12,219 nucleotides of DNA from Gemmatimonadaceae bacterium (GCA_040902005.1 JBBDYA010000122.1:1-12219), one strand, 5' to 3'. Shown: positions 1-7,409, numbered from the stretch's first letter. Numbers and translations are program-made. Notes: a model not told the origin generated them from the letters alone.

Positions 1-36
1 GGCGAGGTGTTCCGGCCGGCGCGAGCCAGTACCAAT
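1..36 (+). repeat. 36-bp terminal direct repeat, copy 1
   Basis: GGCGAGGTGTTCCGGCCGGCGCGAGCCAGTACCAAT is identical to 12184-12219. Confidence 0.98.
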
Positions 37-159
37 ACTTGGACGAGAGAGCTGTCAGTAAACACGTACGACTCGTGTCGTAGTCGTCCAAGTATTGGTA
101 CTATGCTCGCGCCGGCCGGAACACCTCGCCCCTCCCCTGGTTTTTCAGTGCTTCCCTAG
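1..159. mobile_element. Palindromic MITE-like element, right-hand part (truncated at window start)
   Basis: 1-26 is the exact reverse complement of 105-130, and 28-46 of 84-102. The 37-nt loop (47-83) contains a small hairpin, TACGAC-TCGT-GTCGTA (67-82). 131-159 (ending CTAG) is an imperfect reverse complement of 12154-12183. No credible coding capacity. Confidence 0.75.
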
Positions 160-226
160 CGCGGATTCACACGGACAGGGCGAAACGTCTACGGATCAAA
201 ATGCCCTGGGTCGGCGTTCGCAGCGA

Positions 227-1066
227 TCAGTTCGAGCGTCCGGGCCGTATCAGCAGTTCCTGCCCGACCTTGATCGTGTTCCCCACGATCCCGTTCTGCT
301 CCCGAATGCGCTCGACGGGGATCTCATACCAATCCGCGATGGACGAAATGGCGTCGCCGGGGCGCACCACGTGGCGCACCGGCTGACTGCGGTACGCCTC
401 GAGGATCGTCACGAGTTCCGCCCGGGCATCCCGCACCTTCCCGGCCCAGACCCCCAGGGCGTACCGCTGCTTGTGGCGTTCGGCCCACGCCGCCCGCAGC
501 GAATCCGCTTGCGGTCTCCCTCCCGTCGCGATCCCCAGCGTGAGCGCGTCATGCGGCGACTTGACGCGGAGCGCGCGGGACAGGCCGAGCACGGCGAATG
601 ACCCTTTGATGGTCACGAGCGTGTCGATGCCGAATGCGCGCTGGTCGAAGGTGGGGGGCGCGTCCGCGGCGCCCGTGATGTCCCGTGGCGGAGCCCCGAG
701 ATAGATGAGCCGGCGGTCCGTGAGCACCAGCAGGCCGCGCGTCGCGCGAAAGTAGTCCACGCCGCTGCGGCGGAACACGGCGACCGTGTTCGTGACGCGC
801 TCGTCCGGCAGCAGGGTGTTCATGCGCAGTTCGCGCTCGACGATGGCGCGCGCGTCACGCGGTTCGCGACGCTGCGAATACAGGAGGATCTGCGCGAACA
901 CGAACAGGATCGCGACGGCGAGCGCGATGAGGCCGTACCATACCGCGTTCGGCATGGTCTCGCGCGAGCGGCGAAGCAGTGAGGGAATGCCACTGTCGCG
1001 CTCGCCGGTCTCAACAACGGGCGATGCGGGCGATGCGGGCGATGCGGGCGATGCGGGCGTTGTCAT
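227..1066 (-). CDS. Membrane-anchored protein with PH-like middle region and C-terminal LysM peptidoglycan-binding domain
   Basis: C-terminal HVVRPGDAISSIADWYEIPVERIREQNGIVGNTIKVGQELLI is a typical LysM. Hydrophobic helix VWYGLIALAVAILFVFAQILLY. GLLVLTDRRLIYL resembles bacterial PH-like domains. GGGGAAAC precedes the ATG; an alternative ATG is at 955. Confidence 0.85.
   Translation of the reverse strand: MTTPASPASPASPASPVVETGERDSGIPSLLRRSRETMPNAVWYGLIALAVAILFVFAQILLYSQRREPRDARAIVERELRMNTLLPDERVTNTVAVFRRSGVDYFRATRGLLVLTDRRLIYLGAPPRDITGAADAPPTFDQRAFGIDTLVTIKGSFAVLGLSRALRVKSPHDALTLGIATGGRPQADSLRAAWAERHKQRYALGVWAGKVRDARAELVTILEAYRSQPVRHVVRPGDAISSIADWYEIPVERIREQNGIVGNTIKVGQELLIRPGRSN
1018..1062 (+). 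repeat. 9-bp tandem repeat (CGGGCGATG)x4 plus one degenerate copy, encoding (PAS)n at the LysM protein N-terminus
   Basis: Perfect units at 1018, 1027, 1036 and 1045; CGGGCGTTG at 1054. Confidence 0.95.
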
Positions 1067-1098
1067 GTTTCCCCGCGCGAAGTGGAAGATCGGTGCCG

Positions 1099-1128
1099 TT
1101 GTTCCGGCCGACGCGTCCCACTAGTGTA
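1099..1128. promoter_or_regulatory. Putative bidirectional sigma70-type promoter between the LysM and SLT genes
   Basis: + strand: TTGTTC (1099-1104), 17 bp, TAGTGT (1122-1127). - strand: TACACT (1128-1123), overlapping the + strand -10. Confidence 0.5.
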
Positions 1129-1220
1129 GGTGGTCGCAGTCGTTGTAACGCTGGAGGCGGGCGCTTCGCGCTGAGCTCGCTGTCCAGCACTGTCGGAGAA
1201 GCATTATTTCCATCAAGCCC

Positions 1221-1940
1221 TTGCTGCGGTCCCTCGCCGTTGGCGTGGCTGCCGCGGCCACCGTGGTGTTCACGGCCATGCGCGTGGAGCCGGTGTTCCT
1301 CAGGGATTCCATCGTCATCCCGCGCGCGACGAGCGACGAGCACGCTCTGCTCGAGTCCCCCTGGCTCATGCTGCCCTACGCGGACGCGCTGGCGACGTCG
1401 ATGTTCCTGCGCGACCGGAACGCCTTCGCCAACGATCTCGTGAACACGGGCAAGGTGCAACTGCCACGCGCGCTGCGCCTGGCGGATGTGGCGGTGCGCG
1501 AGGCCTACCGCCGCAAGGTGCCGCCCGCGCTGGTGCTTGGCATCATGCTCACGGAGAACCACGAACTGAAGTCCACGGCTCGATCCAGCCAGGGTGCGCT
1601 GGGGCTGATGCAGATCGATCCCGGACCCTGGCGGCCGGCGCTCGGACGGCTGTTCGGCACCAATCTGCGCAACGATTCCACGAACCTGCGCTACGGGGTC
1701 TTCATCCTGAGCCACCTGGCCAACGGCAGCGCGCGGGCGGCAACGGCCGAGTCAGGAGCGGCGTGGCGTACCGCCCTCCTGCGCTACAATGGTTGCGTGC
1801 GCGGAACCAACACGCGCAACTGCCACAGCTATCCGGACGTGGTGCGTCGCAACGTGCTGCGGGTCGCGCGCGAGGTCTGCGCGGGGCGGGACTTCGAGAC
1901 GTGCGTGGTGACGCCGCTGCGGTTGGGAACCAGGAGCTAG
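1221..1940 (+). CDS. Lytic transglycosylase (SLT domain) with N-terminal signal/anchor; start uncertain
   Basis: VPPALVLGIMLTEN (catalytic Glu), ARSSQGALGLMQI, NLRYG and ALLRYNG motifs of SLT transglycosylases; hydrophobic N-terminus. Confidence 0.9.
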   Translation: MLRSLAVGVAAAATVVFTAMRVEPVFLRDSIVIPRATSDEHALLESPWLMLPYADALATSMFLRDRNAFANDLVNTGKVQLPRALRLADVAVREAYRRKVPPALVLGIMLTENHELKSTARSSQGALGLMQIDPGPWRPALGRLFGTNLRNDSTNLRYGVFILSHLANGSARAATAESGAAWRTALLRYNGCVRGTNTRNCHSYPDVVRRNVLRVAREVCAGRDFETCVVTPLRLGTRS

Positions 1941-2017
1941 GAACCAGGAGCTTAGGAACTAGGAACCAGTTCCTAGTTCCTAGTTCCTAGTTCCTAGTTC
2001 CTAGTTCCTAGTTCCTA
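1925..2017. repeat. Inverted heptamer tandem arrays between convergent genes; probable bidirectional terminator/hairpin
   Basis: Six degenerate AGGA(A/G)C(T/C)-type units at 1925-1967, then seven perfect AGTTCCT units at 1968-2016 (the reverse complement). Both flanking stop codons (1938-1940 and 2015-2017) lie in the repeats. Confidence 0.93.
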
Positions 2018-2688
2018 CTTGACCTTCTGGACCTTGATGTTGGCGTTCTGTACGATGCCGATTTCCATACCGTTGGCTGCGATCACGATCTTCAGGGTCA
2101 CGTCGTCTGCGCTCGCGCTGCCGACGTAAACGCCGCGGCGGCTGATAACCAGGCGGCCTTTGCCTTGCGCGGTGCCTTCCAGCGTCATTGCCTGGCCCTG
2201 CGGTGCACCGCTGCCCGACATGACGCTCTGGGATTCCCGACCGATGTTCCAGCTCGTTTCTCCGTCGACCGTCGTGTCACCCAGCACGGTGAAGGTGGAG
2301 ATGACCTGCCGGTTGATGTCCAGTCCATTCTGCTTCACGAGTCGCGCGGAGGTGTCGGTCCAGGCGACGTCCTTGCCAACACGCGAAGCCCGATGAGCTT
2401 GTCGAGGCCGGGTGGCGTCATCCCCATGGGGCCCACGGCCGCCATGGAATCGATGACGGTGGTCACCAGCAGCGTGTCCCGGTGCGCGCGCGCAACCGTG
2501 AGGGTGAGGAGCTGGTCGCTGGAGGTGTCGAACTCCTGCGTCTGTCCCATCGCCTCCTGCGTGCCCGCGGTGGTGGAGGACACGCGATACTGGCCCGTGC
2601 CGGCGGCGTACTCGAAGCCTTGTGCGATGACGGTGGCCGGCAGCGCAAGACCGAGCGCGAACGCCAGCGGGAGGGATCGGGGGAACAT
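2015..2688 (-). pseudogene. Secreted beta-rich hypothetical protein split across two frames (frameshift/deletion or assembly error near 2360-2385)
   Basis: AGGAG RBS and ATG at 2688 give a signal peptide (MFPRSLPLAFALGLALPATVIAQ) and protein-like sequence up to ...LDKLIGLRVLA; this frame stops at 2335. A second frame is protein-like only from ...AWTDTS to the stop at 2015 and has no start of its own. Confidence 0.75.
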
Positions 2689-2775
2689 GGAAGACTCCTG
2701 AAGGGTGGGTGGGCGGCGAACATCTGCGCGCCAAGCTGGTGCAATCTAGCGCGCGCGCACACCTTTCGTTCCCCA

Positions 2776-3288
2776 ATGCCTGATTCCATCACACTCGAGC
2801 TGCTGCATCCGGATGCTCGCGCTCCCGAGCGGGCGACCGAAGGCTCCGCGGGCTACGACCTGTTCGTCTATCTCACCCACCGGACGGTGAGTGTTTCAGA
2901 CGCCAGCGGCACCTGGGAGCTGCCCACCTTTCGGGACCGCGAGAAGAATCTTTCCTACCTCGAGCTCCAGCCGAACGCCACCGCGATGATTCCGCTGGGA
3001 TTCAAGGCCCGGTTGCCACGTGGATGTGAAGCGCAGATTCGGCCTCGCAGCGGCACCACCTTCAAAAAGGGGCTGCTGATTCCCAACTCGCCGGGAACGA
3101 TCGACGCGGACTATCCGGAGGAATGGATGGTGCTCGTGCGCAATCCCGGCCCCAGGGCCGTGCGGATCGAGCACGGCGAGCGCATCGCGCAGATGGTGCT
3201 GTCGCGGTACGAGGTGCTCACGATCGAAATGGGGACGGTGGGCAAGACCACCAAACGCGTGGGCGGCTTCGGCAGTACGGGCCACTGA
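2776..3288 (+). CDS. dut: Trimeric dUTP diphosphatase
   Basis: All five motifs present: SAGYDL, IRPRSG, PGTIDADY, GERIAQ, RVGGFGSTG. ATG at 2776 is in frame with ORF 2482..3288. Confidence 0.95.
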   Translation: MPDSITLELLHPDARAPERATEGSAGYDLFVYLTHRTVSVSDASGTWELPTFRDREKNLSYLELQPNATAMIPLGFKARLPRGCEAQIRPRSGTTFKKGLLIPNSPGTIDADYPEEWMVLVRNPGPRAVRIEHGERIAQMVLSRYEVLTIEMGTVGKTTKRVGGFGSTGH

Positions 3289-3313
3289 TCCCGCTGCCGT
3301 GCCGCGGGGATCA
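3286..3313. terminator. Hairpin between convergent dut and the LVIVD gene
   Basis: TGATCCC (3286-3292) and GGGATCA (3307-3313) form an inverted repeat that includes both stop codons; no U-tract. Confidence 0.4.
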
Positions 3314-5329
3314 CGGCACGACGGCGGGCCTCGGCTCGATGCGCACGATCCAGAGCCCGTTGTTCAGATCGTTGACGTACGCCAGGCCATCCCTGGGGTT
3401 CACGACAACGCCCCAGGTCATGGGTGAATTCACGGTGTTTCCCTGCATGTCGCCCGTATGCAGGTGCACCATTTCACGCTCCTGGGCTCGCAGGTCCCCG
3501 AGCAGTTCGCCGGAGATGTCGAAGGCGCGAAAGCCCGCGTTGTAGGCGCCCAGGTACAGCGTGTCGCCCGCCACCCAGACGTTGTGGACGCCGCCGAACT
3601 CGGGCTCGTACCACGCCACGGACCGCGGCTGTTCCAGGTTCGACACGTCGATCACCTGGAGACGCCCGTATGCCCGCGACGCCGCCGCGTCGCGCGCCCC
3701 GGTAACGGCCGTCGCGGGAAACACCTCGTCCGCGATGAACACGTAGTTCCTGTGTCGCCAGGCAGTGTGCGTTCCCCGAATGAATCCGGGGCCGCCGGCT
3801 GCCTCCACCTGCCGATAGAGATCGTTCAGGTCGTACTTGAACTGTGACACGAGCACCGGATTGGAGGGCGAGCCGCCCTTCATCCCATTGCCGACGTCGA
3901 GGATGACGAGCCCGTCGTTCCAGTAGCTCAGGTACGCGAGCCCGTCCTGGATGTCGATGTCGTGCAGCGTGCGACCGGCGTCCGACCGCGGTGTCTTCCA
4001 CTGCGCCACCTCGCGCGGGTGGTAGGGATCGCCGATGTCGATGACGTGCATCGCGCCGGTGCCGTCGTTCGTGAGATAGATATGGGTACCAAACCGTTCC
4101 TGACGGTACACAAACGTGGAGTGCACGCCCGCCGTGACGCCCTCGGTGAACTCCGCGATCGCCTTCGGGTGCAGCGGATCCTCGAGCGACGCGATCACGA
4201 TGCCGTTCCTGCGGTCCGCCGCGCCCTCGCGCGTGAAGACCAGGAAGCGGCCGTCCGGCGTGGTCATGATGTCATTGACGCGGCGCGTGTTCGCGACGAT
4301 CGAATCGGTGACCACCGGCTTCGCCGGGTTGGAGATGTCGATCGCGTACATCCGGTCGCCGCCGCCGCCGGTGCCGAGGTAGGCCACGGTGCCGTTGGGG
4401 TGGATCCAGACTTCCTCGGTCGAGAAGGCGGTGCGCGGCAGTCGCCCCACGACGGTCACCTTCCGGCGCGCGTCGCGATGCGCCAGGCGGACGGACGCTT
4501 GCGCGACACGATTGCCCACCGTGGCGGTGACGACGTAGTCACCCGCGTGATACCCCACGAACTTTCCGTCCGGGCCGATCATGCCATTGCCGGGGGCCAT
4601 GCTGTACGACGGGATCAGGTCGGCCACCGCGCGCCCGTTTGCATCGCGGGCATCGAGGGTGAAGGGGATCACGTCGCCGGTGCGCGCCACGCTGGTGGAG
4701 GGACGAAGCTCCATCCGCACGATGGTATTCGGCACCACGTCGATGGTGACCGACTGTGCCGCGCCCCCCCCACCCCCCCCGGTGGACGCCGTCACCGTGA
4801 CGCGGCCTGCCGCCACCGCCGTCACCATGCCGGCGTCGCTCACCGTGGCGACGCGCGTGGGCGTGCTGCGCCAGGCCACGCGATCGTCACGCGCATCGCC
4901 CGCGGCCGAGTAGGACGTGGCCTCGAGCCGCAGTCGCTGTCCGACCACCACGCGCTGCACCGCCGGTGAGATCGCGACGCGCGCGGCCGGTCCGGGAACC
5001 ATGCGGATCTCGATACGCTCCACGACCGGGCGCGACCCCGGCACGAGCGCGACGACGGCCACCGGCAGCGTGCCGGTCGCTCCGGAACTCACGAGCCCCA
5101 GGGTGTCCACCGTGCCCTCGAAGCGCGCGCCGGTCGCCACGAAGCGCACGCTGGCTCCGCTCACCACCGCGCCCGACGCGTCCAGCGCCTGCGCGCTGAG
5201 CCGCAGCGTGTCGCCGGCGATCATCGTGCGGGTCGCGGGGCTGATCGCGATGCGCGCGATGGGCGAGGCCGGGATCGCTGGCGGCGACGGCTGCTGCTGG
5301 ACGGCGAGGAGTGCGAAGGCGAAAAGCAT
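3311..5329 (-). CDS. Secreted protein with about three Ig-like (Big_2-like) domains and a C-terminal LVIVD-repeat beta-propeller
   Basis: Ig-like signatures (GDTLRLSAQALDASG; VAWRSTPTRVATVSDAGMVTAVAAGRVTVTA). Repeated LVIVD-type units (MYAIDISNP, MHVIDIGDP, GLVILDVG, LQVIDVSN, GFRAFDIS, GLWIVRI). Short hydrophobic N-terminus from ATG 5329. Confidence 0.85.
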   Translation of the reverse strand: MLFAFALLAVQQQPSPPAIPASPIARIAISPATRTMIAGDTLRLSAQALDASGAVVSGASVRFVATGARFEGTVDTLGLVSSGATGTLPVAVVALVPGSRPVVERIEIRMVPGPAARVAISPAVQRVVVGQRLRLEATSYSAAGDARDDRVAWRSTPTRVATVSDAGMVTAVAAGRVTVTASTGGGGGGAAQSVTIDVVPNTIVRMELRPSTSVARTGDVIPFTLDARDANGRAVADLIPSYSMAPGNGMIGPDGKFVGYHAGDYVVTATVGNRVAQASVRLAHRDARRKVTVVGRLPRTAFSTEEVWIHPNGTVAYLGTGGGGDRMYAIDISNPAKPVVTDSIVANTRRVNDIMTTPDGRFLVFTREGAADRRNGIVIASLEDPLHPKAIAEFTEGVTAGVHSTFVYRQERFGTHIYLTNDGTGAMHVIDIGDPYHPREVAQWKTPRSDAGRTLHDIDIQDGLAYLSYWNDGLVILDVGNGMKGGSPSNPVLVSQFKYDLNDLYRQVEAAGGPGFIRGTHTAWRHRNYVFIADEVFPATAVTGARDAAASRAYGRLQVIDVSNLEQPRSVAWYEPEFGGVHNVWVAGDTLYLGAYNAGFRAFDISGELLGDLRAQEREMVHLHTGDMQGNTVNSPMTWGVVVNPRDGLAYVNDLNNGLWIVRIEPRPAVVP

Positions 5330-5382
5330 GGTCGGCGGGCGGAGAGGGTTGGAACTTCGGCACATCTGGTATGCGGCCTGGT

Positions 5383-5389
5383 TAAAATA
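5383..5389. promoter_or_regulatory. Overlapping divergent -10 elements; the + transcript is probably leaderless
   Basis: TAAAAT (+, 5383-5388) lies 5 nt before ATG 5394 with no SD; TATTTT (-, 5389-5384) overlaps it. Confidence 0.55.
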
Positions 5390-5393
5390 CCGC

Positions 5394-6608
5394 ATGACCC
5401 TGCGTTGCGTTCCACTCCTGATCCCCCTCCTGTTCCTGGGGTTCGCCGGGGCCTGTACCCCTCCCCCCCCTCCCGCTGGCAGCGCGCCGGCGCCGTCACC
5501 CGTGGATTCGCGCGTCGGCGGTCCCGATCGCGACTACCTCGTGTACGTGGCGTCCGAGGCCACGGATCGCATCGCGCTGATCCGCTTTGGCCCGGGCGGC
5601 GCGCGCGTCGAACAGCAGACCACCATCGGCGTCATGCTCGCCGATCCGGACGGTCCGCACGGCATCGCGGTGTCCCCGGACGGCAGACACTGGTACGCGA
5701 CGACCGCGCACGGCACGCCGTACGGGTCCCTCTGGAAATACGAGACCGGCAGCAACGCAGCCGTCGGCCGCGTCATGCTCGGCGATTTTCCCGCGACGGC
5801 CCACGTCACCCCGGACGGCGCGTTCGTCTTCGTGGCCAACTTCAACCTGCACGGCGAAATGGTGCCATCATCAGTGTCGGTCGTCGCGGCGGACGCGATG
5901 GTCGAAGTCGCGCGCATCCAGACCTGCACCATGCCACACGGGTCGCGCATCAATCGCGATGGCACCAGGCACTACTCGGCCTGCATGATGGACGACATGG
6001 TGATCGAGATCGACACCCGCACGCTCGGCGTCGCGCGCCACTTCATGCTGAAGCCGGGGTCCGAGCACGGCATGGCAGGGGCACCGGGGGGGGGGCAGCA
6101 CCGCACGGACGCGGGGAGCGATCATGGCGCCGGCCACGGCAGCGGCGGCTCGCATGCCAACGTGAGCTGCTCTCCCACCTGGGCGCAGCCCTCGGCAGAT
6201 GGCTCCCGGGTGTACGTCGCGTGCAACAAGTCCGACGAGATCGTGGAGATGGACGTCGAATCCTGGACCATGACCCGCCGCCTGCCGGCGGGACCCGGCG
6301 TGTACAACCTGGCCGTCACCCGTGACGGACGGTTGCTGATCGGCACCAACAAGCGCGGACAGTCCGTGTCGGTCATCGACATCGCGAGCGGCAGGGAGCT
6401 GGCGCGGCTGCCCACCCGGCGCCGGATCGTCCACGGCGTCGTCGTGTCTCCGGACGACCGCTACGCGTTCGTGTCCGTCGAGGGGATCGGATCGGAGCCC
6501 GGCACCGTGGAGATCATCGATCTCGCCACCCTGACGACCGTGGCGACCGTGGACGTGGGACAGATGGCCGGCGGCATCGACTTCTGGAGGACGGAGCCGG
6601 CGCGGTGA
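5394..6608 (+). CDS. YncE/YVTN-type beta-propeller lipoprotein with a His/Gly-rich loop
   Basis: Signal peptide with lipobox-like FAGAC and a Pro-rich linker. Blades GPHGIAVSPDG, AHVTPDG..FVAN, MPHGSRINRDG, PSADGSRVYVAC, LAVTRDG, HGVVVSPDD..AFVS. Confidence 0.88.
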   Translation: MTLRCVPLLIPLLFLGFAGACTPPPPPAGSAPAPSPVDSRVGGPDRDYLVYVASEATDRIALIRFGPGGARVEQQTTIGVMLADPDGPHGIAVSPDGRHWYATTAHGTPYGSLWKYETGSNAAVGRVMLGDFPATAHVTPDGAFVFVANFNLHGEMVPSSVSVVAADAMVEVARIQTCTMPHGSRINRDGTRHYSACMMDDMVIEIDTRTLGVARHFMLKPGSEHGMAGAPGGGQHRTDAGSDHGAGHGSGGSHANVSCSPTWAQPSADGSRVYVACNKSDEIVEMDVESWTMTRRLPAGPGVYNLAVTRDGRLLIGTNKRGQSVSVIDIASGRELARLPTRRRIVHGVVVSPDDRYAFVSVEGIGSEPGTVEIIDLATLTTVATVDVGQMAGGIDFWRTEPAR

Positions 6609-7378
6609 AGCCCCCCCACCCGGGTGTCGCGGGCGCGTCCGCATCGTACTGGGTCGCGACGCGGGCGCCCCGTTACAGTCTGGTCTTTGCCATACCGCTC
6701 TTCCTGCTGTACGAGGCACTGGCCGTGGGGCTGGCCGGCGATCCGCAGGTGGGCGGAGTTCGGAACGCGGCAGACGTGCTGCTCAAGACCCCGTTCGTCC
6801 TTTTTTCCGGCGCCCGCGGGTCCATGGCGTTCTTCGCGACGGTCATGGCCGTCTGCGTATTCCTGATTGCGCGCGATCTCACGCGGTCCGGGGCGCGGAT
6901 CGAACCGCGGATGTTCCTGTTGATGCTCGGCGAGTCGGCGGTGCTCGCCTTGCTGCTCGGTGTCCTTGTCGGCGCGTTGACGCAACAGGTATTGGGGGGA
7001 CTTTCGGCGCTCACGGTTCAATTGACAGGCGCGCCGCTGGAGGCGTTGGGATGGCGCGTGAAGCTGATGCTGTCGCTCGGAGCGGGGCTGTACGAGGAGC
7101 TGCTGTTCCGGGTGATTCTCGTGGGGGGGCTCGCGGCCGGACTGCACTGGCTGGTCGGCGGTGCGCGGTTCGCCACGGGACTGGTGGCCGCGGTGGTCGG
7201 GGCACTGATCTTCTCGGCGTTCCATTACGTCGGCGAATATGGCGATCCGCTGGAGCTGGGGTCGTTCACCTATCGCGCGATCGCGGGGCTGGTGTTCAGT
7301 GGGCTCTATCTCACGCGCGGGTTCGGTGTCACGGCGTGGACGCATGCGCTGTACGACGTGTACGTGTTGCTACTCTGA
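6605..7378 (+). CDS. CPBP family (CAAX/Abi-like) glutamic intramembrane protease
   Basis: EELLFR, FSAFH and HALYD motifs; several TM helices; GTG start overlaps the upstream TGA (GTGA). Confidence 0.92.
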   Translation: MKPPHPGVAGASASYWVATRAPRYSLVFAIPLFLLYEALAVGLAGDPQVGGVRNAADVLLKTPFVLFSGARGSMAFFATVMAVCVFLIARDLTRSGARIEPRMFLLMLGESAVLALLLGVLVGALTQQVLGGLSALTVQLTGAPLEALGWRVKLMLSLGAGLYEELLFRVILVGGLAAGLHWLVGGARFATGLVAAVVGALIFSAFHYVGEYGDPLELGSFTYRAIAGLVFSGLYLTRGFGVTAWTHALYDVYVLLL

Positions 7379-7409
7379 ATGCTGTCTCGGTGTGCAGTTG
7401 CAGGCGTAC

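Noticed and set aside
176..208. CAGGGC...GCCCTG hairpin as a LysM terminator or riboswitch
   Set aside because: Only a 6-bp stem with a 21-nt loop, no U-tract and no recognisable aptamer consensus.
2350..2390. Programmed ribosomal frameshift in the split secreted-protein gene
   Set aside because: No X-XXY-YYZ slippery site or homopolymer at the junction; mutation or misassembly is more parsimonious.
4917..5393. N-terminal extensions given by the ORF track (4917 for the YncE-like gene; likewise 2482 for dut, 8610 for the NMO gene, 9116 for the hotdog gene, 9080 for aceB, 5395 for the LVIVD gene)
   Set aside because: They overlap neighbouring genes or promoters. Signal peptides, SD sites or stop/start coupling identify the downstream starts.
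5394..6608. Cytochrome cd1 nitrite reductase or nitrous oxide reductase call
   Set aside because: No CxxCH haem motif, no CuA domain and no nir/nos context; only the propeller fold is shared.
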